DNA of 64,000 bases from Balanoglossus misakiensis (lineage: Eukaryota > Animalia > Hemichordata): NCBI GenBank assembly GCA_040954595.2, contig CM082585.2, positions 4,551,358 to 4,615,357 of the forward strand, given 5' to 3'. Shown here piece by piece: positions 11,861 through 25,256 of the stretch. Every line of letters starts with the position of its first letter. Positions within the stretch are counted from its first letter, which is position 1. Below the pieces are notes generated by a model. That model made no database searches. It saw only the letters and a list, made by a program, of their open reading frames with translations, and was not told the DNA's origin. A program made the translations under genes and the position numbers.

Positions 11861-14800
11861 AACATACAAATGAAAGACCATATTCTTGAAATGCATGTGG
11901 GAAGACATTTATATCAAGAGGCCATTTCCAACAACACATGAAAATATATATAAGGTTCCGGAAGAAGAAATTCAATTTCACTGTAAGAGTCTTTGAATCA
12001 AAAGTGTTCTGGTAATTATAAAACTCAGAATCCCTTTAAAGCGGGCAGCTCGTCTCACGCGCATGCGCGTAACTTCCCAGCAAATTTTCCGTTCGATGCA
12101 TTCAAATAATGGACTGCCTTCGCTTCCTTCCATATTTCATTCGCACCGTGTTAGTAGATTCTGGTTTTGTCCCTCCTTTTCACCCAAGCTAGTGTCTTTT
12201 CCCGATCTCCAACACAGATTATGGTCTCCGCCATCTTGTGTGAGCACTGCCTCATGGGATCGACTGTTCACTAAAGGTCTGTAACCAGCGGCTACAGTTG
12301 GAACATGCGTGTGAGACGAGCTACACGCTTTAAACTAAGCATATATTTATAATATATTATATCAGAAAGCTTAGATATAGAGGGGAACATTTTGGTTACT
12401 GTACTTCAGTGTGACAAGCAATATAAATAACCTTCCTGAAACTAGAGATTCTACTTGAATTTGTGTTAATGCAAGCTGTTGTAACTGTAATACAAAGTGT
12501 GCCTGGGATGTTCTTCAACCGCTTCTGAGTTGTAAATCAACCCTGTGGTCTATCAATTTGCTCCCCAAAAAATCTAGATAAAAAATACTGTCATATTGTG
12601 TCAATCGCTGGGGCAAATTTCAATAGCCTGGGGTGAAAACTGAACTCTCCAGGTGCTGCCAAAGACAGTGACACTCTTCATCACACTTCGTTACTCGAAG
12701 TTACTTTGTTTACTTTGTTACTTCGTTACATTGTTTTGGGTATTTCCACCAAAGATTGTTGATTAGAGACAGAAAATGTGTGATTTTGGCTTGAATATAT
12801 TCAATCTGACTTTGAAGTATTCACTATTGGTAAGGATATCATCCATAATGAGTAGGATAGGGCTTAAAGGGACTCTCTCTTGCTGCCCCTTTTCCATTAA
12901 TTATGTTTGATACAAGATACTGCTTATGTTATTCTACATGTGGATGTATAGTGAATCAACTTTCTTCCACAAACAACTTCCATCCTGTTTGTAGGATATG
13001 AGAGTAAAAATCTCACCAAAGTGAATAAGGGTAAACACCGATTATTCATTTTGGCGAGTTTTTTCACTCTCATGTCTCCAAGTGGGATAGAAGTTGTGTG
13101 TGGTTGAACGTTGATTCACTATATATCCACATGTAGAATAACATATATGGTGTCTTGTATCAAACATAATTAATAGAAACAAGGACAATGAAAGAGAGAT
13201 TTTGTCCCTTTAAGTCTTTAGATTGTACACCAGAAATGTATATGAATTCCATGTTCTACCAAGTGGATTGGGATGTTTATTGTTATCACATTAACAGTTG
13301 AAACGAATGTGTATTTGGCCAGGGCTGAACTACTGGCAGAACAATCATGGTTAACTGTTCACTGTTTGTGATCAATTCTTACAAGTGTATTTTTGTGTTT
13401 TTGTTGTCAGACCAATAATCAGTCAAAACTAGTTGAATTTTTGGAGTTAGCTCCCCACCTCCTTCAATTCCTCTTTTTTTTAATCTGTAGTTCTGTATGA
13501 AAAAGATTTTGATTGATGTAGGCCCATAAGGAACCCAATTCATCCAAAACATAGACATGTTTCCGACTACTCTTTTATTGTTTGTATTCTGGTTTCTACG
13601 AGTGTCATTATGTGGTTTTTGTTGGTCAATAAACAACTGAAACTGTCCAAATTTTGGAATGACCTTTGATCCGATTCTCCCCACTACAACATTCTATATA
13701 CAGACTTTAAAAACTAAAAATGATTAGGAATGGGATACATGAACATTTTTGAGGGTCAAAATCTCGCCCTCTGAGATATTAATGCCTTTATATTGGACAT
13801 ATATACCAGTACCAAATTCCATCGCAAATATTGAAAACAAGTGAATACTGAATACACGTGGAAAGTCTGACTTCGCTAGTGCTGAGACACATTTTGAAAC
13901 CATCGTTTTTAATATTGTTTCAATGCTTGCAGTTGAGTTTGAAGTTTACTGGTGCGGGCGGAGACGAAGTTGTTGTCCGTTTAAGAGAAGTTGACCAGCC
14001 CAGCTGTCACGTACATGTCCCTGCAACGAAAACCCCTCTCAGTTCCTTTCCGCCAGGTGGCGCCATTCACTGACCTTTGACCCTAGTTAAAATGGCGGAA
14101 ACTAACATGCTGCAGACTACATTGTGGCCGTGGACAACTGGAAACCGAATGGACGCCACACCAATTTGCAACCGCTTGACAAGTGCTGGTATGTATCTTT
14201 GTCCACATCTGTTCCTGCTGAGTTCGAAAGATAATGGTTTGCAGTAATTCGGTGACATTCGATCACTTTTTCGATAGTTCAATTAGTTGCTGCTGTTCCG
14301 TAGCTCTACCACTCCCCCCCCCCCCCACAAAGAAACAACCTACAGCATCGCCGATCGTGAAAGAACACTTATAATTATTGTGACAAAAAAGCTATAGATC
14401 TCCCAACATCATATGCAATTTGGAACACATTTGGATTTGGTGTAATGTTTGTACATACCAAATTACGCACATGTACATAAGCTTAAGACGATTATCAAGC
14501 TTAAACTTCATCCTCCATAGACGTATCATTATTATAACTGTTATTTAAGCAATAACATTTATTGCTTAAATATTCAACAAATGAATTTTGAAGGTTCTTT
14601 CTTGGGTGTTACAATGTATGTCCTAAACCAGTGTGTGTGGCAAAAAAAACATGTAAACATAACATACCAACAGACAGAATGTGAACGAATGTTCATGCCT
14701 TATTTTTCCAGAATGTTCAGAGGTGTGCAGACAGTACAGAAATTCAAATAAGTTACATGAACTTGGCAGGCTATTGGAAGTATTAAATAGAAAACTTAGG

Positions 14801-15440
14801 CATAAAGTTGAAGCTGGTGCTGAATCCTTTGATGGTAAGTAAGCATCAAGTCTTACTGTTACAATGGAGGTATATAGCTTAGACCTCCATGCTGGTACAT
14901 GTCATTCATCATTTACCGGTAGTTTCTATCCTGTTGTTTCTTGTCTCTGAAAAGAAAGGTGGTGCATACGAAATAATTCTTTCCAATAATTTAGCCAACA
15001 GAGAATAAGATTTTTCTTACAAAAAACGGATGAAATATTGGCAGAAGTTGCATTTAAATCATGGGGGGAAAAAAAGCTTGTTGCTTTTTGTCGTGGGATA
15101 TGGCATGGACACTTTTCATGTGGGTCTGATTTTGTTAAGTGTTGCGATGAATCTTGCTCTTCGAATATGTGTAAACCCAGCATGTCCTTATTCAATCTGA
15201 TTAAAATCAGATGTAGGGAACGGCGATTTGGTTTTTTTTATGCTGTCGCCTCACACTACATCTGACCAACTCTCAATGGAGATCCCGCTGAAATCGCGCA
15301 TTCCGACCCGGCCAATCAGATTGCGTGTTATGCCGACTAAAGAATTGCACTGGGAGATGGGAGAAATTTTGTTGTTGACTTCGAGTATCGCACAGAATAC
15401 GAAAGATTGGCTTTCTCTTGTGAACAATTACCGGTATATG

Positions 15441-15900
15441 TATTATTATACATCTAGTGCCGAGAACAATAGATTTTGGCGTGCAATAAAAAGCCGTACG
15501 GAACGGTACGTACGGAACGCGCGTTAAATAAGCCTTAGTTTCAAGGCGCCCCAAACTCACCGTGTACAGGTATGCGCTGTTATGCGAACGGTTTCAAGGC
15601 GCCCGCATTCCAACGCACGTGCGCACACGTAAACAAAAAAGAAAGATGGCTGCTCACTGAGTCAACTGAGTGGTTTTCGATCGATTGTATCGGCATTTTG
15701 GGCGTTTTGAAAGCCATGTAACATGCAACACAAGAACTAACGGAGATGTAAGATGTATAATAATAAGGTTATTACGAAAATACCGCAAAGTATGCACTCG
15801 GACATTAACGCAGCGCATCGCCCTCCGCTACGCGTCGGGCGATACTCAGCGCTAATGTCCTCGTGCATACTTTGCAGTTATTTTCGTAATAACCTCATAA
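15441..15900. mobile_element. Asymmetric hairpin element nested in 15193-16746
   Basis: TATTATTATACATCT/AGATGTATAATAATA pair, followed by a ~130-bp palindrome (AGGTTATTACGAAAATA...TATTTTCGTAATAACCT). Boundaries approximate. Confidence 0.55.
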
Positions 15901-16190
15901 TCCCATGATATCTGTCTTTGTTTGGCGTCATCGTATGCGAGTGGTTTTCGCAGAGCAGTGCAACGTCGAGCTGTAGCCATATACAAATGATGAACTGTCG
16001 TTGATCATTTATAAACTCTCCTAACAAGTCGTCATGTTCACCCTCGTAGTCATGCTGCCAGTCGGGAAAATGACGTACTTCATGTAAAAGTTTATAAAAA
16101 ATAAACCAAATTTCACTGTCATGTATCCCAAAACAATTTTGAACAGATTTTTAAAGAGAACGCTAACTTCGGCTAAGGAATGTCAAGTCA

Positions 16191-16433
16191 TAGCTCCGCG
16201 TTCAGGTCTGTGTGTTCCCGACGCACCACAGCCCTGCATAAGGCCCCATAGACAAAACTGGTGCGTCTGCTGTCCGGACCCGGACGCCCGACCGCAGCTT
16301 TTTCTGTCGAAATTCGATTTTATCGAAGCAAAATCCTTTCCCTGTCTACTTCAACCGACCCCAAATATGATGCAATTAACTTTTTCTAAAGTCCGTGTAA
16401 CGCCGTGAACACACAGACCTGCACGCAGAACTA
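16191..16433. mobile_element. 243-bp MITE, TAG...CTA termini, 9-bp TSD (AcademH-like), nested
   Basis: 27-bp imperfect TIR TAG(C/T)T(C)..CAGGTCTGTGTGTTC; TSD GTCAAGTCA. Confidence 0.8.
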
Positions 16434-19163
16434 GTCAAGTCAGTGCACTGTGCAGTCGGTCGGTACACTCTGGTGTATACAAACGATCGTGGCGACAGAA
16501 TCTCTCCCTGGGACGGCCTTACACAAATGTAATCGATTCTCTAACAATTTTACGGCGACTTGTTGCCACGTCTTATACATTTCGTTGACCGGTGGAAGAT
16601 AGAGGTTCAGTCGTCACGCTGAACTGGCTCGAAACCATTCCCCAAGCTTCAGCGGGATCTCCATTGAGAGTTGGTCAGATGTAGTGTGAGGCGACAGCAT
16701 AAAAAAAACAAGTCGCCGTTCCCTGCATCTGATTTTAATCAGATTGGTCCTTATTCTGCACTTGGTCATTGATAATTTTGCCATAACTGTATAGTGCATA
16801 TCATAAACCTTCTTGTAAGTAGCTACTTTGAGTGAAAAAGCACATCAATTTAACTCTAAAAACAAGGATCACTCCTGTTACTTGTCTCTGCAAAGAAAGG
16901 TGGCGCATATGAAATAAATCTTTCCAATAATTCAGCCAACACTGGCAACAGAGAGTGAAAAAGCATATCAATTTAACTCTAAAATAAGGATCACTCAATT
17001 TGGTTTACTTAGGAAAACCCTTATGAAATCATTTATTTTTTTCTATTTTCTTGATTTTCTAGAGTACAGGTAGTATTTATATTTACGCATACAACATGGA
17101 GAAAACTAAAAAATTGTCGTTTGTCCAAACACATACATGAATAAAAATGTAGGTCAATTTACAGATGTTGCGGAAAAATACATATCCGAAGACTGAAAAG
17201 CAACAGAGACCACTTCACATCAAACACTAGTTGCCACGGAGCCTAACATTTGTAGTGGCAGTACCAAATCAAAATCACATTTCTCCTATATATCCAAATG
17301 TAACGTAAAATAAATGACCATGATTACTACTGCTAACATGCATGCATGTCATTTTGTGTACACACTGATGTTATACATTTGGATTTTTTCCCCTTTGAGA
17401 CAATTTTCCTAACCATTCCAGATGTTTGTTTCCATCCAACAGATGTGTCCCTGATAATTCACACCCTGGCACACTATGGCCATATTGAATTGAAACTTCT
17501 GGATGATGTCATCAGTGGACATCTAAAGAAAACATGAGGATCCATACAAAGTAAAGACCATATTCATGCAATGAATGTGGGAAAACTTTTACTCAGAGGG
17601 GCGGTCTGCAGGAAGATACAAGGATCCATACAAATCTAAGACCTTATCCTTGCAGAGAATGTGAGAAAAACATTCAGAGTTTCAATCTAAAGAAACAGAA
17701 TGATCCATACAATTGAACGTCTGTATTCATGCAATGAATGTAGGAAAACATTCAATCAAATAGCCATCTAAAGGAACATACAAATGAAAGACCATATTCA
17801 TGAAATGCATGTGGGAAGACATTTACATCAAGAGGCCATTTCCAACAACACATGAAAATATATATAAGGTTCCGGAAGAAGAAATTCAATTTCACTCTAA
17901 GAGTCTTTGAATCAAAAGTGTTCTGGTAATTATAAAACTCAGAATCCCCTTAAAGCGGGCAGCTCGTCTCACGCGCATGCGCGTAACTTCCCAGCAAATT
18001 TACCGTTCGATGCATTCAAATAGTGGACTGCCTTCGCTTCCTTCCATATTTCATTCGCACCATATAAGTAGATTCTGGTTTTGTCACTCCTTTTCACCCA
18101 AGCTAGTATCTTTTCCCGATCTCCAACACAGATTATGGTCGCCGCCATCTTGTGTGAGCACTGCCTTATGGGATTAACTGTTCACTAAACGTCTGTAACC
18201 AGCGGCTACAGTAGGAACATGCGTGTGAGACGAGCTACGCGCTTTAAACTAAGCATATATATATTTTCAGAAAGCTTAGATATAGAGGGGAACATTTTGG
18301 TTACTTCAGTGTGACAAGCAATATCAAATAACCTTCCTGGAACTAGGTATCCAACTTGAATTTGTGTGAATGCAAGCTCTTGTAACTATAATACAAAGTG
18401 TGCCTGGGATGTTCTTCAACCGCTTCTGAGTTGTAAATCAACCCTGTGGTCTATCAATTTGATCCCCAAAAAATCTAGATAAAAAATACTGTAATATTGT
18501 GTCAATCGCTGGGGCAAATTTCAATAGCCTGGGGTGAAAACTGAACTCTCCAGGTGCTGCCAAAGACAGCGACCCTCTTCATCACACTTCGTTACTCGGA
18601 ATAACATGAAAAACGTTTTTTGACACTCATGTATCATGTTACCTGTACATATGTAAAGGACCAGGAGATGCTGTCTTTAAAAAATCTAAGAAATTTCAAA
18701 TCCTCTCCTTGCAACTGGACGTCTTATCCTTACAACCGAATGCCTTCTCGTGACCTAAACATCCATTCCCATATAAATCCACACCATCTAGCTCCGAAAA
18801 GCATGGACCCTTAAAGAAGTGCAATCCCTGCTTTGGTGTTGAACACACGCCATACTTGGCTAATGTCACGTTAATTATAATACAATTAACACTGCTACTA
18901 TGTGCTTGATAATAAACTGACATTGTTTTCGGTATTTCCACCAAAGATTGTTGATTAGAGACAGGAAATGTGTGATTTTGGATTAAATATATTCAATCTG
19001 ACTTTGAAGTATTCACTATGTATTCATCCATAGTGAGGAGGCCAGAAATGTACATAAATTTCATGTTCTACCAAGTGAATTAGGATGTTTATTGTTATCA
19101 CATTAACAGTTGAAACGAATGTGTATTTGGCCAGGGCTGAACTACTGGCAGAAGAATGGTTAA

Positions 19164-19690
19164 CTGTTCACTGTTTTTGATCAATTCTTACAAGTGTATT
19201 TTTGTGTTTTTGTTGTCAGGCCAATAAACAGTCGAAATTTGTTGAATTTTCGGAGTTAGCTTCCCGCCTCCTTCAATTTTTTTTTTTTAATCTGTAGTTC
19301 TGTATGAAAAAGATTTTGATTGATGTAGACCCACAATGAACCCAATTCATCCACAACATAGACATGTTTCCGACTATTCTAATTGTTTGTATTCAGATCT
19401 TTACGAGTGTCATTGTGTGGTTTTTGTTGGTCAATAAACAACTGAAACTGTCCAAATTTGGAATGATCATGTTCGACCTTTGATCCGATTCTCCCCACTA
19501 CAACATTCTATATACAGACTTTAAAAACTAAAAATGATTATAGAAATTGGATACATGAACATTTTTGAGGGTCAAAATCTCGCCCTCTGAGATATTAATG
19601 CCTTTATATTGGATAGATATACCAATACCAATTTCCATCGAAAATCTTCAAAACAAGTGAATACTGACTACACGTGGAAAGTCTGACTTC
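19164..19690 (+). repeat. ~530-bp extra copy of the upstream spacer (collapsed unit)
   Basis: At GTCTGACTTC|TGTTCACTG (19690) the sequence restarts about 530 bp earlier in the unit. Confidence 0.8.
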
Positions 19691-20137
19691 TGTTCACTGT
19701 TTTTGATCAATTCTAACAAGTGTATTTTTGTGTTTTTGTTGTCAGACCAATAATCAGTCAAAACTTGTTGAATTTTTGGAGTTAGCTTCCCGCCTCCTTC
19801 AATTTCTTTTTTTTTTAATCTGTAGTTCTGTATGAAAAAGATTTTGATTGATGTAGACCCACAATGAACCCAATTCATCCAAAACATGGACATGTTTACG
19901 ACTACTCTTTAATTGTTTGTATTCTGATCTTTACGAGTGTCATTGTGTGGTTTTTTGTTGGTCAATAAACAACTGAAACTGTCCAAATTTTGGAATGACC
20001 TTTGATCCAATTCTCTCACTACAACATTCTATATACAGACTTTAAAAACTAAAAATGATTAGGAATGGGATACATGAACATTTTTGAGGGTCAAAATCTC
20101 GCCCTCTGAGATATTAATGCCTTTATATTGGATAGAT

Positions 20138-20859
20138 CATGGAGGTACTAGAGAGAAGGAGCGAGGACGGATTTAAGCGGATTAAATCCCTTTCTTCTGA
20201 AGTGTGATAAGCTTCTTAAGTCTTTGTGTTTCTGTGTCGATAGCGTCCTTTGAACCCACTGTGTGTTGCCGTCGATTTTACAGTTAGGTTTGCAAGATCT
20301 ACGGGGTAATATTTCTATGATATTAAAAACGTTATGCGCACATCGCGGACGAGGGTACTACATATGCGCGGTGACTTTTAAAACATCCAGGGGTCACAGT
20401 TTGCGCGTCACCACTACCGGAAGCGTGTCAAGCGGACGTCTCTGAAGGTTTGTAGCGTTATTTCTCTTGTTTGTACAACCAAAAAGTATGATTTTGAAAT
20501 GAATATTTTGAGTTTGTAGCAATGTTCAGCAAAAAACAACAAGTTCATAAGTTTTATTTGAAAACCAATCTTCCCGATGCAAGCTGTCTTGTTAGTGTGA
20601 AATGGTGAGAAGTGCCCGATATTCGCCATTGTAATTGTCAGTGTAGAGACGTTCGGCACAGCAGTTTGGTCCGGTTGTTTATGCTTAGAGACGCAACGCC
20701 AGCTATGATTTGTTTATCTACGCAAGCGCACAGCTTGAATGAACGCCTATCAGGTGATAAAAGGTTGAGAGCCTAATGTTATCTGCAAACAGATTAAGAC
20801 GCACATGGGGTTCATAGGAAACAATAGCGTCCTCGCTCCTTCTCTCTAGTACCTCCATG
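20138..20859. mobile_element. 722-bp non-autonomous element, CA...TG termini, 7-bp TSD (P-superfamily-like)
   Basis: Perfect 32-bp TIR CATGGAGGTACTAGAGAGAAGGAGCGAGGACG; TSD GATAGAT; empty site at 183. Confidence 0.88.
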
Positions 20860-21166
20860 GATAGATATACCAGTACCAAATTCCATCGCAAATCTTGAAA
20901 ACAAGTGAATACTGAATACACGTGGAAAGTCTGACTTCGCTAGTGCTGAGACACATTTTGAAACCATCGTTTTTAATATTGTTTCAATGCTTGCAGTTGA
21001 GTTTGAAGTTTACTGGTGCGGGCGGAGACGAAGTTGTTGTCCGTCTACGAGAAGTTGACAGGCCTGTCACGTACATGTCCCTGGATCACATCAACGAAAG
21101 CCCCTCTCAGCCCTTCCCGCCAGGTGGCGCCATTCACTGTCCTGATGACCTTTGACCCTAGTTAAA

Positions 21167-23891
21167 ATGGCGGAAGCTAACAAGCTGCAGACTAGATTGT
21201 GGCCGTGGACAACTGGAAACCGAATGGACACCACACCAATTTGCAACCACTTGACAAGTGCTGGTATGTATCTTTTTCCACATATGTTCCTGCTGAGTTC
21301 GAAAGATAATGGTTTGCAGTAATTCGGTGACATTCGATCACTTTTTCGATAGTTCAATTAGTTGCTGCTGTTCCGTAGCTCTACCACTCCCCCCCCCCCA
21401 AAAAAAAAGAAACACCCTACAGCATCGCCGATCGTGAAAGAACACTAATTGTGACTAAAAAGCAAAAAGCTATAGATCTCCCAACATTTGGATTTGGTTT
21501 AATGTTTGTACACACCAAATTACGCACATGTACATAAGCTTAAGACGATCATCGTCCTGTTAATATTCAACAAATGAATTTTGCAGGTTCTTTCTTGGAT
21601 GTTTAATACAATGTGTATGTCCTAAACCAGTGTGTGTGGCAAAAAAACATGTAAACATAACATACCAGCAGACAGAATGTGAATGAATGTTCATGCCTTA
21701 TTTTTCCAGAATGTTCAGAGGTGTGCAGACAGTACAGAAATTCAAATAAGTTACATGAACTTGGCAGGCTATTGGAAGTATTAAATAGCAAACTTAGGCA
21801 TAAAGTTGAAGCTGGTGCTGAATCCTTTGATGGTAAGTAAGCATCAAGTCTTACTGTTACAATGGAAGTATATAGCTTAGACCTCCATGCTGGTACATGT
21901 CATTCAACATTAAGTTTCTTGTCTCTGCAAAGAAAGGTGGCGCATACGAAATAATTCTTTCCAATAATTCGGCCAACAGAGAATAAGATTTTTCTTACAA
22001 AAAAAAGGATGAAATATTGGCAGAAGTTGCATTTAAATCATGGAGAGAAAAAGAGCTTGTTGCTTTTTGTCGTGGGATATGGCATGGAACATTTTCATAT
22101 GGGTATGCAGTGTTTTTGCTAAGGTTGGGGAACATTGGTAATGGATTTGGGAACCCCGGTAACATTCCTATAACCCCCTAATATAACTCCATTGATACAC
22201 CCAGGGGAACCCTGGTAAAATGACTGGGGAACACCGGTAGATTTTACCTAGATACCGCCCTTAACAAAAACACTGGGTATGGTGTTGTTAACAGTGTTGC
22301 GATGAATCTTGCTCTTCGAATATGTGTAAACCCAGCATGTCCTTATTCTACACTTGGTCATTGATAATTTTGCCAAAACTGTATAGTGCTTATCATAAAC
22401 CTTCTTGTAAGTAACTACTTTGAGTGAAAAAGCACATCAATTTAACTCTAAAATAAGGATCACTCAATGTTGTGTACTTAAGAAAAAACCTTATGAAATC
22501 ATTTATTTTTTTCTATTTTCTTGATTTTCTAGAGTACAGGTAGTAATTATATTTACACATACAACATGGAGAAAACTAAAAAATTGTTGTTTGTCCAAAC
22601 ACATACTTGAATAAAAATGTAGGTCAATTTACAGATGTTGCGGAAAAATACATATCCGAAGACTAAAAAGCAACAGAGACCACTTCGCATCAAACCCTAG
22701 TTGCCACGGAGGCCAACATTTGTAGTGGCAGTACCAAATCAAAATGGCATTTCTCCTATATATCCAAATGTAACTTAAAATAAATGACCATGATTACTAT
22801 TGCTAACATGCATGCATGTCATTTGCATACACACTGGTGTTGTTAACTCTACAGATACATTTGGATTTTTCCCCTTTGAGACAATTTTCCTAACCTTTCC
22901 AGATGTTTGTTTCCATCCAACAGATGTGTCCCTGATAATCCACACCCTGGCACACTATGGCCATATTGAATTGAACCCACAGCATGATGTCAGCAGGGGA
23001 GATGTTGAACGAGAACTTGGGAGAGCACGGGTGCTGAACCTTGATGGCCAAACAGCAGAGTGCCTGAGAGGATCAGTAATTGAAGAGTGTAGTACCGGTA
23101 GTCAGCAAGAACACACAGAGGTCTACACACGTGAAAGGACATATTCATCCAGTGAATGTGGGAAAACATTTACGCGAACTGGAAATCTGAAGGTACACAT
23201 GAGGATCCATACAAAGGAAAGACCATTTGTTTGCAGTGAATGTGGGAAAACTTTTGCAGTAAATGGAAATCTGAAGAAGCACATGTGGATCCATACAAAG
23301 GAAAGACCATATTCGTGCAATCAATGTGGGAAAATGTTTATACAAAATGGAGATCTGAAGAGGCACATGAGGATCCATACAAAGGAAAGACCATTTGTTT
23401 GCAGTGAATGTGGGAAAACGTTTGCACTAACTGGAAATCTGAAGGTACACATGAGGATCCATACAAATGAAAGACCATTTGCTTGCAGTGAATGTGGGAA
23501 AACGTTTCCACTAACTGGAAATCTGAAGGTACACATGAGGATCCATACAAATGAAAGACCATTTGCTTGCAGTGAATGTGGGAAAACATTTACACAAAAT
23601 GGAGATCTGAAGAGGCACATGAGGATCCATACAAACAGTAGACCATTTTCATGCAATAAATGTGGGAAAACATTTACACAAAATGGAGATCTGAAGAGGC
23701 ACATGAGGATCCATACAAAGGAAAGACCATTTGTTTGCTGTGAATGTGGGAAAACATTTACACGAACTCCAGATCTAAAGAAACATATGAGGATCCATAC
23801 AAAGGAAAGACCATATTCATGCAATCAATGTGGGAAAACGTTTACACAAAATGGACATCTGAAGAAACACATGAGGATCCATACAAACTGA
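21167..23891 (+). CDS. C2H2 zinc-finger gene, copy 4 (exons 21167-21263, 21710-21832, 22903-23891; 1 degenerate + 8 intact fingers)
   Basis: Conserved splice sites and phases; open spliced frame. Confidence 0.88.
22108..22275. mobile_element. 168-bp MITE (same insertion as 1419-1586)
   Basis: Same TIR, GGTATG TSD and position in the unit. Confidence 0.8.
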
Positions 23892-24318
23892 AGACCCCAT
23901 TCATGCAATGTGGGAAAACATTTACGCGAACTGGACATCTAAAGAAACACATGAGGATCCATACAAACTGAAGACCCCATTCATGCAATGTGGGAAAACA
24001 TTTACGCGAACTGGACATCTAAAGGAACACATGAGGCACCAAAGAAATGAAGGACCATATTCATGCAATAAATGTGGGAAAACTTTTACTCAGAGGGACA
24101 GTCTGCAGGAAGATACAAGGATCCATACAAATCTAAGACCTTATTCTTGCAGAGAATGTGAGAAAAACATTCAGAGTTTCAATCTAAAGAAACACAGAAT
24201 GATCCATACAATTGAAAGTCTGTATTCATGCAATGAATGTGAGAAAACATTCAATCAAATAGCCATCCAAAGGAACATACAAATGAAAGACCATATTCAT
24301 GAAATGCATGTGGGAAGA

Positions 24319-25256
24319 CAGGGTTCTCCAGGCTTTGAAAATTAACAGGGGCAGATAATTTACGTAATATTAGCATATCATTAGCATACCATTTGCATTA
24401 AATTAACATAATGTTTCTTTGTATTTGTGGAATGCACCAGAGTAGCCATCCATACGCCAGTATTAACCCTTAAAGTGCTTTAAAATTCTAAGGTACACGA
24501 CCCTCCAGGCCCAGGACTTTTTGCAAGTAACAACGAAATCTCGATGTCCCAAAATATTTTGCTCTAACTTCACAGAATTTCAAACAAAAGTCAAAGGAGT
24601 GACATTTTAAGATACAAAGGTATAAATATAAGTATGTAGACACACTGTCGAAAACACGGTCGCGCGCGTTCGACTGACCGCGACCGTGCGCGTACATCGC
24701 GTCCACAGCTCAATGGAGTTGGCTGGGTCCCGCGATCGCGCGCGTGACCACCCGCTCTCGACATCGGCTCCAAAGTCGTTGTCACGGTCGGGATTACAAA
24801 TGGCCTTGATCGGTATAAAATTGTAGTCAATGAAATCCCCAAAAATCGTAATCATTGTTGAAGTCGCTGTCTTGAAAATGTCCAGTGAAAAATTTGCTGT
24901 CTTCCGGGTTTACAAAGTGAAGGAAGGACACATACTGTCAAAGGTCACGTTATTAGGTCATGTCGATAACACGATCGTTTTTCTCTGGAACGTTCGACTG
25001 ACATCATTTCCCGCCCAGAATAAATTAATTTATAAGTGTCACTATGGTGCATGACAAAGTGTGAACGACCATTTTGTTCACGTCCACCCCAAAAGACGCT
25101 AGTAACACTATAAACCACAACGTGCGAGCTTTGTTTTCTACCGGGTAAAACAAAGGGGCGGTGTTGTCAAATGCAGGGGCGGCACATAAGACAGAGGGGC
25201 AACCGCAAAAAACAGAGGGGCGGGCCGCCCCTCAAAAACCCCCGTGGAGAACCCTG
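24319..25256. mobile_element. 938-bp non-autonomous element, CAG...CTG termini, 5-bp TSD (hAT5-like)
   Basis: TIR CAGGGTTCTCCA/TGGAGAACCCTG; TSD GAAGA; empty site GTGGGAAGACATTTAC in the other units; subterminal AGGGGC repeats. Confidence 0.85.

Larger units (their letters stand above)
15193..16746. mobile_element. 1.55-kb non-autonomous DNA transposon, ~100-bp TIR, 9-bp TSD, with nested elements
   Basis: CAATCTGATTAAAATCAGATG.../...CATCTGATTTTAATCAGATTG; TSD GTCCTTATT; empty site at 1650. Confidence 0.9.
14092..17537 (+). pseudogene. Copy 3: finger array deleted; could encode a 111-aa N-terminal-domain-only protein (exons 14092-14188, 14712-14834, 17422-17537)
   Basis: Exons 1-2 and splice sites are intact. 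Exon 3 jumps at TGGA microhomology (~17516-17519) from DDVISG to the degenerate tail and stops after HLKKT. Confidence 0.75.

Noticed and set aside
16801-17000. Short local rearrangement repeating intron 2 segments in copy 3
   Set aside because: A small duplication of nearby intron sequence with no sign of function.
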